DNA of 60,496 bases, the filler included, from Candidatus Woesearchaeota archaeon (GTDB lineage Archaea > Nanobdellota > Nanobdellia > Woesearchaeales > CAZJJJ01), in the NCBI GenBank assembly GCA_046538795.1. It is 5 parts of 5 records of this genome, joined end to end, with 100 filler letters (N's around TTAATTAATTAA, not from the genome) between each part and the next. Parts side by side here need not be neighbours in the genome. Positions count along the whole stretch, not along the records: positions 49,087 to 60,496 come from JBKHIF010000045.1; 4 more parts are not named here. One strand, given 5' to 3'. Every line of letters begins with the position of its first letter. Position 1 is the first letter of the stretch. Of the stretch, positions 59,576-60,496 are shown in pieces. Below the pieces are notes generated by a model. That model ran no database searches and was not told the DNA's origin. It saw only the letters and a program-made list of their open reading frames with translations. Position numbers and translations under genes: made by a program.

Positions 59576-60364
59576 ATGGATAAGAGGTCTTGTTTTGTGT
59601 TGTGCATGTTGTTATTTCTTGGCATGATATCCATGGCCTTTGCAGATACTCTTCCTGAGGGCCTTGAGGAGATATCAAGCCACGGAACTAAGAAATTATT
59701 CTATCTTGAAGACGATGACAGGATAGAGATATATAGTTGCAGCGTGATAAGCTTAGAAAAAGAAAACAATGAAGCTGCACAAGAGAATGCAGAAACAGAC
59801 GATGATAGTACAAGTGATTCTGATGAGGAGTTTAATGCTGATTTCGACGATTCTCTTGAGATTATGTCGGTTATAGATAATCCGTCTCAGGAAAATAATT
59901 TTCGCAGAAATGAGAGCAAAGAAAATGAGGCAGATGTTCTTATTTCAGGAAATGTTGTTGATTCATCAACAATAGACAAAAATGACATCTCCAATGAGGC
60001 TCTTCTTGATTCAGGTTGCAATGCAGAATGGTTTTGCAGCAAGTGGAAGGATTGTTTCAAAGATGAGATTGAATGCTTAAGGCTTGCAAGAGACAATGAC
60101 TGTAACTATAATAAGCTTTATTCCCATGTTCTTGATTGCGATAACGATGATGATAATTCAACAAGGGTTTCAGGAGCAGTTACAACTGATACTCTTGAGC
60201 CAAAGAAAAGATTCTCCTGGAAACTGCTTCTTTTGGCAGGAGGCATTCCGATAATCGCTCTTTTTGGTGTTGAGCGCTATATGAGATATAAGGAATCTAT
60301 CCAGAAAAAGGCCCAAGAAGACAAAAAGATTGAAGAGATCAAGAGAAAATATTCTGAGTTCTAG
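59576..60364 (+). CDS. Acidic, Cys-containing membrane-anchored secreted protein
   Basis: Signal peptide, C..EWFCSKWKDC, C-terminal TM and basic tail. Confidence 0.7.
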   Translation: MDKRSCFVLCMLLFLGMISMAFADTLPEGLEEISSHGTKKLFYLEDDDRIEIYSCSVISLEKENNEAAQENAETDDDSTSDSDEEFNADFDDSLEIMSVIDNPSQENNFRRNESKENEADVLISGNVVDSSTIDKNDISNEALLDSGCNAEWFCSKWKDCFKDEIECLRLARDNDCNYNKLYSHVLDCDNDDDNSTRVSGAVTTDTLEPKKRFSWKLLLLAGGIPIIALFGVERYMRYKESIQKKAQEDKKIEEIKRKYSEF

Positions 60365-60496
60365 TATTTCTTTTTTAATATTTGAAATGCAGGAAGTTCA
60401 ATTATTATAAGTGCGAATATATTAAGAAAAATGATTTGAATATTTTGCATGAAACACGATTGAAACCTTGTTTCAATGTGCGCAGAAATTTAAAAA

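Noticed and set aside
60459..60477. ATTGAAAC-CTT-GTTTCAAT resembles CRISPR repeat ends
   Set aside because: A single palindrome with no repeat-spacer periodicity and no cas genes in view.

Overview
AT-rich archaeal DNA, most likely from a DPANN (Woesearchaeota-like) genome bin; the taxon is inferred from gene content and style, not from a search. The window is five contigs joined by artificial 100-nt linkers (44N-TTAATTAATTAA-44N at 12538, 24816, 36958 and 48987), so adjacency across linkers is not biological. Contig 1: S2P and Lon proteases, tRNA-Asp, a two-intron tRNA-Lys, and the rpoH-rpoB''-rpoB'-rpoA'-rpoA''-L30e-nusA operon. Contig 2: a PP2C/SpoIIE phosphatase, UDP-sugar enzymes, a bacterial-type sigma70 gene and toxin-antitoxin/Fic cassettes each bounded by direct repeats. 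Contig 3: mostly housekeeping (alaS, porAB). Contig 4: an intron-containing tRNA-Thr, trpS, and two tandem units of a catalytically degenerate tyrosine-recombinase-like gene coupled to a large surface-protein gene, with a shared promoter motif. Contig 5: a second TrpRS with a frameshifted methyltransferase, ahcY, tyrS, a kinase-like gene and a double Fis-HTH protein. Best leads: the dead-recombinase/surface-protein units, sigma70 in an archaeon, loss of the RNAP trigger-loop His, a possible hairpin intron at the start of uS12, and direct-repeat-bounded toxin cassettes.
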